Assembly (NCBI GenBank): GCA_964016885.1
Contig: OZ024740.1
Span: 252,154,001-252,218,000 of the forward strand
DNA from: Eledone cirrhosa
Taxonomy: Eukaryota
Direction of reading: 5' to 3'
DNA: 64,000 nucleotides
Each line of letters starts with the position of its first letter. Position 1 is the first letter of the stretch. Under the pieces are notes generated by a model. It had not been told where the DNA came from. It was given only the letters and a program-made list of their open reading frames with translations, and made no database searches. A program made the translations under genes and the position numbers. Below are positions 29,101 through 42,600 of this stretch, piece by piece.

Positions 29101-29110
29101 TTATTTTATT
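23120..29110 (+). repeat. ~6-kb higher-order duplicate of ~4031-9990 (offset ~19.1 kb)
   Basis: Same ordered series of variant arrays; ORF-track peptides are identical or nearly so at 4904/23998, 6510/25604, 7288/26407, 8200/27319 and 8816/27936. Boundaries approximate. Confidence 0.9.
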
Positions 29111-32100
29111 TTATTTAAAAAAAGAAACGAAACCGGGGTACCTAAAAAAACGAACGAAAAGAAACCGGGGAACCTTAAAAATCGAACGAAATGAAATTAT
29201 CTACCCTTGGCTTGCTGGAAATTATCTCAACTCGGCCGGCTGGATACTATCTCCCCTTGGCCGGCTGGAAATTATCTACCCTTAGCCGGCTGGAAATTAT
29301 CTACCCTTGGCCGGCTGGATAATATCTCCCCTTGGCCGGCTGGAAATTATCTCCCCTTGGCCGACTGGAAATTATCTCCCCTTGGCCGGCTGGATATTAT
29401 CTCCCCTTGGCCGGATGGATGTTATCTCCCCTTGGCCAGCTAGAAATTATCTCCCCTTGGCCGGCTGGAAATTATCTTCCCTTGGCCGGCTGGAAATTAT
29501 CTCCCTTTGGCCGGCTGGATATTATCTCCCCTTGGCCGGCTGGATGTTATGTCCCCTTGGCCGGCTGGATATTATCTCCCCTTGGCCGGCAGGAAATTAT
29601 ATCCCCTTGGCCGGCTGGAATTTATCTCCCCTTGGCCGGCTGGAATTTATCTCCCCTTGGCCGGCTGGAATTTATATCCCCTTGCCCGGCTCGAAAATAT
29701 CTCCCTTTGGCCGGCTGGATATTATCTCCCCTTGGCCGGCTGGATGTTATGTCCCCTTGGCCGGCTGGATATTATCTCCCCTTGGCCGGCAGGAAATTAT
29801 ATCCCCTTGGCCGGCTGGAATTTATCTCCCCTTGGCCGGCTGGATAATATCTCCCCTTGGCCGGCTGGAAATTATGTTCTCTTGGCCGGCTGGAAATTAT
29901 CTCCCCATGGCCGGCTGGAAATTATCTCCCCTTGGCCGGGTGGATATTATCTCCCCTTGGCCGGCTGGATGTTATCTCCCCTTGTCCAGCTAGAAATTAT
30001 CTCCCCTTGGCCGGCTGGAAATTATCTTCTCTTGGCCGACTGGAAATTATCTCCCTTTGGCCGGCTGGATATTATCTCCCCTTGGCCGGCTGGATATGAT
30101 CTCCCCTTGGCCGGCTGGAAATTATCTCCCCTTGGCCGGTTGGAAATTATCTCCCCTTGGCCGGCTGTAAATTATCTCCCCTTGGCCGGCTGGAAATTAT
30201 CGCCCCTTGGCCGGCTGGATGTTATGTCCCCTTGGCCGGCTGGATATTATCTCCCCTGGGCCGGCAGGAAATTATATCCCCTTGGCCGGCTGGAAATAAT
30301 CTCCCCTTGGCCGGCTGGAAATTATCTCCCCTAAATTAAATTAAATTAAATCAAATTAATTAAATTAATTAATTAATTGATTATATTTTTTTTATTTTAT
30401 TTATTTTAATTTTTTTTTAATTACGTTATTAATTAATTAATTAATTAATTATGTAAATTGATTTTATTTTAATTTAATGTAATTTAATTTAATTTAATTT
30501 ACTTCAATTCAATTTAATTTAATTTTATTTTATTTTATTTTATTTTATTTAAAAAACGAAACGAAACCGGGGCACCTAAAAAAACAAACGAAAAGAAACC
30601 GGGGAACCTAAAAAATCGAACGAAATGAAATTATCTCCCCTTGGCTTGCTGGAAATTATCTCAACTCGACCGGCTGGATACTATCTCCCCTTGGCCGACT
30701 GGAAATTATCTCCCCTTAGCCGGCTGGAAATTATCTCCCATTGGCCGGCTGGATATTATCTCCCCTTGGCCGGCTGGATGTTATCTCCCCTTGGCCAGCT
30801 AGAAATTATCTCCACTTGGCCGGCTGGAAATTATCTTCTCTTGGCCGGCTGGAAATTATCTCCCTTTGGCCGGCTGCATATTATCTCCCCTTGGCCGGCT
30901 GGATATGATCTCCCCTTGGCCGGCTGGAAATTATCTCCCCTTGGCCGGCTGGAAATAATCTCCCCTTGGCCGGCCGGAAATTATCTCCCTTTGGCCGGCT
31001 GGATATTATCTCCGCTTGGCCGGCTGGAAATTATCTCCCCTTGGCCGGCTGGATATTATCTCCCCTCGGCCGGCTGGAAATTATCTCCCCTTGGCCGGCC
31101 GGAATTTATCTCCGCTTGGCCGGCTGGAATATATAACCCCTTGCCCGGCTCGAAAATATCTCCCCTAAATAAAATAAAATTAAATTAAATTAAATCAAAT
31201 AAATTAAATTAATTAATTAATTAATTATATTTTTTTTATTTTATTTATTTTTATTTTTTTTTATTAATTACGTTATTAATTAATTAATTAATTATGTAAA
31301 TTGATTTCATTTCAATTTAATGTAATTTAATTTAATTTAATTTACTTTAATTCAATTCAATTTAATTTAATTTAATTTAATTTAATTTTATTTAAAAAAC
31401 GAAACGAAACCGGGGTACCTAAAAAAACAAACGAAAAGAAACCGGGGAACCTAAAAAATCGAACGAAATGAAATTATCTCCCCTTGGCTTGCTGGAAATT
31501 ATCTCAACTCGGCCGGCTGGATACTATCTCCCCTTGGCCGGCTGGATATTATCTCCCCTTAGCCGGCTGGAAATAATCTCCCCTTGGCCGGCTGGAAATT
31601 ATGTCCTCTTGGCCGGCTCGAAATTATCTCCTCTAAATTAAATTAAATTATATTAAATTAAATTAAATTAAATTAAATCAAATTAATTAATTTAATTAAT
31701 TAATTAATTTTATTTTTTTTATTCTAATTATTTTTATTTTTTTTTATTAATTACTTAATTAATTATGTTAATTGATTTTATTTCAATCCAATGTAATTTA
31801 ATTTAATTTAATTTAATTTTATTTTATTTTATTTTATTTAAAAAACGAAATAAAATCGGGGTACCTAAAAAAACAAACGAAACGAAATTATCTCCCCTTG
31901 GTCTGCTGGAAATTATCTCCCCTTGGCCGGCTGGATATTATCTCCCCTTGGCCGACTGCAAATAATCTTCTCTTGGCCGGCTGGAAATTATCTCCCTTTG
32001 GCCGGCTGGAAATTATCTCCCCTTGGCCGGCTGGAAATCATCACCCCTAGGCCGGCTGGGAATTAACTCCACTTGGCTGGCTAGAAACTATCTTCCCTTG

Positions 32101-33239
32101 GCCGGCTGGATATTATCTCCCCTTGGCCGGCTAGAAATAATCTCCCCTTAGCCGGCTCGAAATTATCTCTCCTAAATTAAATTAAATTAAATTAAATTAA
32201 ATTAAATCAAATTAATTAAATTAATTAATTAATTAATTTTATTTTTTTAATTCTAATTATTTTTATTTTTTTTTATTAATTACGTTATTAATTAATTAAT
32301 TATGTTAATTGATTTTATTTCAATCCAATGTAATTTAATTTAATTTAATTTAATTTAATTTAATTTAATTTAATTTAATTTTATTTTATTTAAAAAACGA
32401 AACAAAACCGTGTTACCTAAAAAAACAAACGAAAAGAAACTGGGGAACCTAAAAAATCAAACGAAACGAAATTATCTCCCCTTGGTCTGCTGGAAATTAT
32501 CTCCCCTTGGCCGGCTGGATATTATCTCCCCTTGGCCGACTGCAAATTATCTTCTCTTGGCCGGCTGGAAATTATCTCCCTTTGGCCGGCTGGAAATTAT
32601 CTCCCCTTGGCCGGCTGGAAATTATCTCCCATTGGCTGGCTGGAAATTATCACCCCTAGGCCGGCTGGGAATTAACTCCACTTGGCTGGCTAGAAACTAT
32701 CTTCCCTTGGCCGGCTGGATATTATCTCCCCTTGGCGGCTGGAAATAATCTCCCCTTGGCCGGCTGGAAATTATGTCCCCTTAGCCGGCTCGAAATTAAC
32801 TCCCCTAAATTAAATTAAATTAATTAAATTAAATCAAATTAATTAAATTAATTAATTAATTATTTTATTTTTTTTATTCTAATCATTTTTATTTTTTTTT
32901 TATTAATTACGTTATTAATTAATTAATTAATTATGTTAATTGATTTTATTTCAATCCAATGTAATTTAATTTAATTTAATTTAATTTAATTTTATTTTAT
33001 TTTATTTTATTTAAAAAACGAAACGAAACCGGGGTACCTAAAAAAACGAACGAAAAGAAACCGGGGTACCTAAAAAACGAACGAAAAGAAACCGGGGAAC
33101 CTAAAAAATCGAACGAAATGAAATTATCTCCCCTTGGCTTGCTGGAAATTATCTCAACTCGGCAGGCTGGATACTATCTCCCCTTGGCCGGCTGGAAATT
33201 ATCTCCCCTTAGCCGGCTGGAAATTATCTCCCCTTGGCC

Positions 33240-36200
33240 GGCTGGATAATATCTCCCCTTGGCCGGCTGGAAATTATGTTCTCTTGGCCGGCTGGAAATT
33301 ATCTCCCCATGGCCGGCTGGAAATTATCTCCCCTTGGCCGGGTGGATATTATCTCCCCTTGGCCGGCTGGATGTTATCTCCCCTTGGCCAGCTAGAAACT
33401 ATCTCCCCTTGGCCGGCTGGAAATTATCTTCTCTTGGCCGGCTGGAAATTATCTCCCTTTGGCCGGCTGGATATTATCTCCCCTTGGCCGGCTGGATATG
33501 ATCTCCCCTTGGCCGGCTGGAAATTATCTCCCCTTGGCCGGTTGGAAATTATCTCCCCTTGGCCGGCTGTAAATTATCTCCCCTTGGCCGGCTGGAAATT
33601 ATCGCCCCTTGGCCGGCTGGAATTTATATCCCTTTGCCCGGCTCGAAAATATCTCCCCTAAATTAAATTAAATTAAATTAAATTAAATCAAATTAATTAA
33701 ATTAATTAATTAATTAATTATGTAAATTGATTTTATTTCAATTTAATGTAATGTAATTTAATTTAATTTACTTTAATTCAATTCAATTTAATTTAATTTA
33801 ATTTAATTTAATTTACTTTAATTCAATTTAATTTAATTTAATTTAATTTAATTTAATTTAATTTTATTTTATTTTATTTCATTTAAAAAACGGAACGAAA
33901 CCGGTGTGCCTAAAAAAACAAAAGAAAAGAAACCGGGGAACCTTAAAAGTCAAACGAAACGAAATTATCTCCCCTTGGCCTGCTGGATATTATCTCCCCT
34001 TGGCCAGCTGGAAATAATCTCCCCTTGGCCGGCTGGAAATTATGTCCCCTTGGCCGGCTCGAAATTATCTCCCCTGAATTAAATTAAATTAAATTAAATC
34101 AAATTAATTAAATCAATTAATTAATTAATTTTATTTTTTTTATTCTAATTATTTTTATTTTTTTTTATTAATTACGTTATTAATTAATTAATTAATTATG
34201 TTAATTGATTTTATTTCAATCCAATGTAATTTAATTTAATTTAATTTAATTTAATTTTATTTTATTTTATTTAAAAAACGAAACAAAACCGGGGTACCTA
34301 AAAAACAAACGAAAATAAACAGGGGAACCTAAAAAATCAAACGAAATGAAATTATCTCCCCTTGGTCTGCTGGAAATTATCTCCCCTTGGCCGGCTGGAT
34401 ATTTTCTCCCCTTGGCCGACTGCAAATTATCTTCTCTTGGCCGGCTGGAAATTATCTCCCTTTGGCCGGCTGGAAATTATCTCCCCTTGGCCGGCTGGAT
34501 ATTATCTCCCCTTGGCTGGCTGGATGTTATCTCCCCTTGGCCAGCTAGAAATTATCTCCCCTTGGCCGGCTGGAAATTATCTTCTCTTGGCCGGCTGGAA
34601 ATTATCTCCCTTTGGCCGACTGGATATTATCTCCCCTTGGCCGGCTGGATATGATCTCCCCTTGGCCGGCAGGAAATTATATCCCCTTGGCCGGCTGGAA
34701 ATAATCTCCCCTTGGCCGGCCGGAATTTATCTCCCTTTGGCCGGCTGGATATTATCTCCCCTTGGCCGGCTGGAATTTATATCCCCTTGGCCGGCTGGAA
34801 ATAATCTCCCCTTGCCCGGCTCGAAAATATCTCCCCTAAATTAAATTAAATTAAATTAAATCAAATTAAATCAAATTAATTAAATTAATTAATTAATTAA
34901 TTATATTTTTTTTATTTTATTTATTTTCATTTTTTTATTAATTACGTTATTAATTAATTAATTAATTATGTAAATTGATTTTATTTCAATTGAATGTAAT
35001 TTAATTTAATTTAATTTAATTTCATTTACTTTAATTCAATTTAATTTAATTTAATTGAAGTTAATTTTATTTTATTTTATTGAAAAAACGAAACGAAACC
35101 CGTGTACCTAAAAAACAAACCAAAAGAAACGGGGGAACCTAAAAAATCGAACGAAACGAAATTATCTCCCCTTGGCCTGCTGGAAATTATCTCCCCTTGG
35201 CCTGCTGGAAATTATCTCCCCTTGGCCGGCTTGATATTATCTCCCCTTGGCAGGCTGGAAATTATCTCCCCTTGGCCGGCGGGATATTATCTCCCCTTGG
35301 CCGGCTGGATATTATTTCCCCTTGGGCGGCGGGATAATATCTCCCCTTGGCCGGCTGGATGTTATCTCCCCTTGGCCAGCTAGAAATTATCTGCCCTTGG
35401 CCGGCTGGAAATTATCTTCTCTTGGCCGGCTGGAAATTATCCCCCTTTGGCCGACTGGATATTATCTCCCCTTGGCCGGCTGGATATGATCTCCCCTTGG
35501 CCGGCAGGAAATTATATCCCCTTGGCCGGCTGGAAATAATCTCCCCTTGGCCGGCCGGAATTTATCTCCCTTTGGCCGGCTGGATATTATCTCCCCTTGG
35601 CCGGCTGGAAATTATCTCGCCTTGGCCGGCTGGAATCTAGCTCACCTTGGCCGGCTGGAAATATACTCCCCTTGGCCGGCTGGAAATATACTCCCCTTGG
35701 CCGGCTGGAAATTATCTCCCCTTAGCCGGCTGGATATTATCTCCCCTCGGCCGACTGGAAATTATCTCCCTTTGGCCGGCTGGAAATAATCTCCCCTTGC
35801 CCGGCTCGAAATTATCTCCCCTAAATTAAATTAAATTAAATTAAATTAAATTAAATCAAATTAATTAAATTAATTAATTAATTAATTATATTTTTTTTAT
35901 TTTATTTATTTTTATTTTTTTTTATTAATTACGTTATTAATTAATTAATTAAATATGTAAATTGATTTTATTTCAATTTAATGTAATTTAATTTAATTTA
36001 ATTTAATTTAATTTAATTTAATTTAATTTACTTTAATTCAATTCAATTTAATTTAATTTAATTTAATTTAATTTAATTTTATTTAAAAAACGAAACGAAA
36101 CTGGGGTACCTAAAAAAACAAACGAAAAGAAACCGGGGAACCTAAAAAATCGAACGAAATGAAATTATCTCCCCTTGGCTTGCTGGAAATTATCTCCCCT

Positions 36201-39200
36201 TAGCCGGCTGGAATTTATCTCCCCTTGGCCGGCTGGATATTATGTCCCCTTAGCCGGCTGGAATTTATCTCCCCTTGGCCGGCTGGATATTATCTCCCCT
36301 TGGCCGGCTGGAAATTATCTTCTCTTGGCCGGCTGGAAATTATCTCCCCTTGGCCGGCTGGAAATTATCTCCCCTTAGCCGGCTGGAATTTATCTCCCCT
36401 TGGCCGGCTGGATAATATCTCCCCTTGGCCGGCTGGAAATTATGTTCTCTTGGCCGGCTGGAAATTATCTCCCCATGGCCGGCTGGAAATTATCTCCCCT
36501 TGGCCGGGTGGATATTATCTCCCCTTGGCCGGCTGGATGTTATCTCCCCTTGGCCAGCTAGAAACTATCTCCCCTTGGCCGGCTGGAAATTATCTTCTCT
36601 TGGCCGGCTGGAAATTATCTCCCTTTGGCCGGCTGGATATTATCTCCCCTTGGCCGGCTGGATATGATCTCCCCTTGGCCGGCTGGAAATTATCTCCCCT
36701 TGGCCGGTTGGAAATTATCTCCCCTTGGCCGGCTGTAAATTATCTCCCCTTGGCCGGCTGGAAATTATCGCCCCTTGGCCGGCTGGAATTTATATCCCTT
36801 TACCCGGCTCGAAAATATCTCCCCTAAATTAAATTAAATTAAATTAAATTAAATTAAATCAAATTAATTAAATTAATTAATTAATTAATTATGTAAATTG
36901 ATTTTATTTCAATTTAATGTAATTTAATTTAATTTACTTTAATTCAATTCAATTTAATTTAATTTAATTTAATTTAATTTAATTTACTTTAATTCAATTT
37001 AATTTAATTTAATTTAATTTTATTTAATTTAATTTTATTTTATTTCATTTAAAAAACGGAACGAAACCGGTGTGCCTAAAAAAACAAAAGAAAAGAAACC
37101 GGGGAACCTAAAAAATCAAACGAAACGAAATTATCTCCCCTTGGCCTGCTGGATATTATCTCCCCTTGGCCAGCTGGAAATAATCTCCCCTTGGCCGGCT
37201 CGAAATTATCTCCCCTGAATTAAATTAAATTAAATTAAATCAAATTAATTAAATTAATTAATTAATTAATTTTATTTTTTTTATTCTAATTATTTTTATT
37301 TTTTTTTATTAATTACGTTATTAATTAATTAATTAATTATGTTAATTGATTTTATTTCAATCCAATGTAATTTAATTTAATTTAATTTAATTTAATTTAA
37401 TTTTATTTTATTTTATTTAAAAAACGAAACAAAACCGGGGTACCTAAAAAACAAACGAAAATAAACAGGGGAACCTAAAAAATCAAACGAAATGAAATTA
37501 TCTCCCCTTGGTCTGCTGGAAATTATCTCCCCTTGGCCGGCTGGATATTTTCTCCCCTTGGCCGACTGCAAATTATCTTCTCTTGGCCGGCTGGAAATTA
37601 TCTCCCTTTGGCCGGCTGGAAATTATCTCCCCTTGGCCGGCTGGATATTATCTCCCCTTGGCCGGCTGGATGTTATCTCCCCTTGGCCAGCTAGAAATTA
37701 TCTCCCCTTGGCCGGCTGGAAATTATCTTCTCTTGGCCGGCTGGAAATTATCTCCCTTTGGCCGACTGGATATTATCTCCTCTTGGCCGGCTGGATATGA
37801 TCTCCCCTTGGCCGGCAGGAAATTATATCCCCTTGGCCGGCTGGAAATAATCTCCCCTTGGCCGGCCGGAATTTATCTCCCTTTGGCCGGCTGGATATTA
37901 TCTCCCCTTGGCCGGCTGGAATTTATATCCCCTTGGCCGGCTGGAAATAATCTCCCCTTGCCCGGCTCGAAAATATCTCCCCTAAATTAAATTAAATTAA
38001 ATTAAATCAAATTAAATCAAATTAATTAAATTAATTAATTAATTAATTATATTTTTTTTATTTTATTTATTTTCATTTTTTTTATTAATTACGTTATTAA
38101 TTAATTAATTAATTATGTAAATTGATTTTATTTCAATTTAATGTAATTTAATTTAATTTAATTTAATTTAATTTACTTTAATTCAATTTAATTTAATTTA
38201 ATTGAAGTTAATTTTATTTTATTTTATTGAAAAAACGAAACGAAACCCGTGTACCTAAAAAACAAACCAAAAGAAACGGGGGAACCTAAAAAATCGAACG
38301 AAACGAAATTATCTCCCCTTGGCCTGCTGGAAATTATCTCCCCTTGGCCTGCTGGAAATTATCTCCCCTTGGCCGGCTTGATATTATCTCCCCTTGGCAG
38401 GCTGGAAATTATCTCCCCTTGGCCGGCGGGATATTATCTCCCCTTGGCCGGCTGGATATTATTTCCCCTTGGGCGGCGGGATAATATCTCCCCTTGGCCG
38501 GCTGGATGTTATCTCCCCTTGGCCAGCTAGAAATTATCTGCCCTTGGCCGGCTGGAAATTATCTTCTCTTGGCCGGCTGGAAATTATCTCCCTTTGGCCG
38601 ACTGGATATTATCTCCCCTTGGCCGGCTGGATATGATCTCCCCTTGGCCGGCAGGAAATTATATCCCCTTGGCCGGCTGGAAATAATCTCCCCTTGGCCG
38701 GCCGGAATTTATCTCCCTTTGGCCGGGTGGATATTATCTCCCCTTGGCCGGCTGGAAATTATCTCGCCTTGGCCGGCTGGAATCTAGCTCACCTTGGCCG
38801 GCTGGAAATATACTCCCCTTGGCCGGCTGGAAATATACTCCCCTTGGCCGGCTGGAAATTATCTCCCCTTAGCCGGCTGGATATTATCTCCCCTCGGCCG
38901 ACTGGAAATTATCTCCCTTTGGCCGGCTGGAATTTATCTCCCCTTGGCCGGCTGGAATTTATATTCCCTTGGCCGGCTGGAAATAATCTCCCCTTGCCCG
39001 GCTCGAAAATATCTCCCCTAAATTAAATTAAATTAAATTAAATCAAATTAATTAAATTAATTAATTAATTAATTATATTTTTTTTATTTTATTTTTTTTT
39101 ATTTTTTTTTATTAATTACGTTATTAATTAATTAATTAAATATGTAAATTGATTTTATTTCAATTTAATGTAATTTAATTTAATTTAATTTAATTTAATT

Positions 39201-39670
39201 TAATTTAATTTAATTTACTTTAATTCAATTCAATTTAATTTAATTTAATTTAATTTAATTTACTTTAATTCAATTCAATTTAATTTAATTTAATTTAATT
39301 TAATTTACTTTAATTCAATTCAATTTAATTTAATTTAATTTAATTTAATTTTATTTTATTTAAAAAACGAAACGAAACTGGGGTACCTAAAAAAACAAAC
39401 GAAAAGAAACCGGGGAACCTAAAAAATCGAACGAAATGAAATTATCTCCCCTTGGCTTGCTGGAAATTATCTCCCCTTAGCCGGCTGGAATTTATCTCCC
39501 CTTGGCCGGCTGGATATTATGTCCCCTTAGCCGGCTGGAATTTATCTCCCCTTGGCCGGCTGGATATTATCTCCCCTTGGCCGGCTGGAAATTATCTTCT
39601 CTTGGCCGGCTGGAAATTATCTCCCCTTGGCCGGCTGGAAATTATCTCCCCTTAGCCCGCTGGAATTTAT
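33240..39670 (+). repeat. ~3.15-kb tandem higher-order duplication (about 33240-36400 and 36400-39670)
   Basis: Matching variant series at 33259/36425, 34346/37492, 35102/38249 and 36175/39452; both copies share a loop-deleted spacer. Boundaries approximate. Confidence 0.85.
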
Positions 39671-42600
39671 CTCCCCTTGGCCGGCTGGATATTATCTCCC
39701 CTTGGCCGGCTGGAAATTATCTTCTCTTGGCCGGCTGGAAATTATCTCCCCTTGGCCGGTTGGAAATTATCTCCCCTTGGCCGGCTGGATATTATCTCCA
39801 CTTGGCCGGCTGGATATTATCTCCCCTTGAGCAGCTCGAAATTATCTCCCCTTGGCCGGATGGAAATTATCTTCTCTAGGCCGGCTGGAAATTATCTCCC
39901 TTTGGCCGGCTGGAAGTTATCTCCCCTTGGCTGGCTGGATATTATCTCCCATTGACCGACTGGAAATTATCTCCCCTTAACCGGCTGGAAATTATCTCCC
40001 CTTGACCGGCACGAAATTATCTCCCCTAAAGTAAATTAAATCTAATTAATTAAATTAATTAATTAATTATTTATATTTTTTTTATTTTATTTAATTTATT
40101 TTTTTTATTAATTACGTTATTAATTAATTAATTATGTAAATTGATTTTATTTTAATTTAATTTAATTTACTTTAATTCAATTTAATTTAATTCAATTTAA
40201 TTTAATTTTATTTTATTTCATTTAAAAAACGAAACGAAACCGGTGTGCCTAAAAAACAAAAGAAAAGAAACCGGGGAACCTAAAAAATCGAACGAAACGA
40301 AATTATTTCCCCTTGGCCTGCTGGAAATTATCTCCCCTTGGCCGGCTGAAAATTATCTCCCTTTGGCCGGCTGGATACTATCTCCCCTTGGCCGGCTGTA
40401 AATTATCTCCCCTTGGCCGGCTGGAAGTTATCTCCCCTTGGCCGGCTGGATATTATCTCCCCTTGGCCGGCTGGATATTATCTCTCCTTGGCCAGCTGGA
40501 AATTATCTCCACTTGGCCGGCTGGAAATGATCTCCTCTTGGCCGGCTGGAAATTATCTCGCCTTGGCCGGCTGGAAATTATCTCCTCTAAATTAAATTAA
40601 ATTAAATTAAATCAAATTAATTAAATTAATTAATTAATTATTTATATTTTTTTAATTTTATTTATTTTATTTTTTTTATTAATTACGTTATTAATTAATT
40701 AATTAATTATGTAAATTGATTTTATTTCAATTTAATGCAATTTAATTTAATTTAATTTACTTTAATTCAATTTAATTTAATTCAATTTAATTTAATTTTA
40801 TTTTATTTTATTTCATTTAAAAAACGAAACGAAACCGGTGTGCCTAAAAAACAAAAGAAAAGAAACCGGGGAACCTAAAAAATCGAACGAAACGAAATTA
40901 TCTCCCCTTGGCCTGCTGGAAATTATCTCCCCTTGGCCGGCTGAAAATTATCTCTTTTTGGCCGGCTGGATACTATCTCCCCTTGGCCGGCTGTAAATTA
41001 TCTCCCCTTGGCGGGCTGGAAGTTATCTCCCCTTGGCCGGCTGGATATTATCTCACCTTGGCCGGCTGGATATTATCTCTCCTTGGCCAGCTAGAAATTA
41101 TCTTCCCTTGGCCGGCTGGATATTATCACCCCTTGGCCAGCTGGAAATTATCTCCACTTGGCCGGCTGGAAATTATCTCCTCTTGGCCGGCTGGAAATTA
41201 TCTCGCCTTGGCCGGCTGGAAATTATCTCCTCTAAATTAAATTAAATTAAATTAAATTAAATTAAATCAAATTAATTAAATTAATTAATTAATTATTTAT
41301 ATTTTTTATTAATTACGTTATTAATTAATTAATTAATAATGTAAATTGATTTTATTTCAATTTAATGTAATTTAATTTAATTTAATTTACTTTAATTCAA
41401 TTTAATTTAATTCAATTTAATTTTATTTTATTTTATTTTATTTTATTTAAAAAACGAAACGAAACCGGTATACCTAAAAAAACAAACGAGAAGAAACCGG
41501 GAAACCTAAAAAATCGAACGAAACGAAATTATCTCCCCTTGGCCTGCTGGAAATTATCTCCCCTTGGCCGGCTGAAAATTATCTCCCCTTGGCTAGCTGG
41601 TCATAATCTCCCCTTGGTCGGCTGGAAATTATCTCCCCTTGGCTGGCTGGAAATTATCTCCCCTTGGCCGGCTGGAAATTATCTCCCCTAGGCCGACTGG
41701 AAATTATCTCCCCTTGGCCGGCTGGTAATAATCTCCCCTTGGTCGGCTGGAAATTATCTCCCATCGGCCGACTGGATATTATCTCCTCTTGGCCGGCTGG
41801 AAATTATCTCCCTTTGGCCGTCTGGATATTATCTCCCCTTGGCCGGCTGGAAATTATCTCCCCTTGGCCGGCTGGATATTATCTCCCCTCGGCCGTCTGG
41901 AAATTATCTCCCATTTGACGACTGGAATTTATCTCCCCTTGGCCGGCTGGATATTATCTCCCCTTGGCCGACTGGAAATGATCTCCCCTTAGTCGGCTGG
42001 AAATTATCTCCCCTCGGCTGTCTGGAAATTATCTCCCATTTGACGACTGGAATTTATCTCCCCTTGGCCGGCTGGATATTATCTCTCCTTGGCCGACTGG
42101 AAATTATCTCCCCTTAGTCGGCTGGAAATTATCTCCCCTTGGCCGGCCCGAAATTATCTCCCCTAAAATAAATTAAATTAAATTAAATTAAAAAACGAAA
42201 CGAAACCGGTATACCTAAAAAAACAAACGAGAAGAAACCGGGAAACCTAAAAAATCGAACGAAACGAAATTATCTCCCCTTGGCCTGCTGGAAATTATCT
42301 CCCCTTGGCCGGCTGAAAATTATCTCCCCTTGGCTAGCTGGAAATTATCTCCCCTTGGCCGGCTGAAAATTATCTCCCTTTGGCCGGCTGGATACTATCT
42401 CCCCTTGGCCGGCTGTAAATTATCTCCCCTTGGCCGGCTGGAAGTTATCTCCCCTTGGCCGGCTGGATATTATCTCCCCTTGGCCGGCTGGATACTATCT
42501 CCCCTTGGCCAGCTGGAAATTATCTCCACTTGGCCGGCTGGAAATTATCTCCTCTTCGCCGGTTGGAAATTATCTCGCCTTGGCCGGCTGGAAATTATCT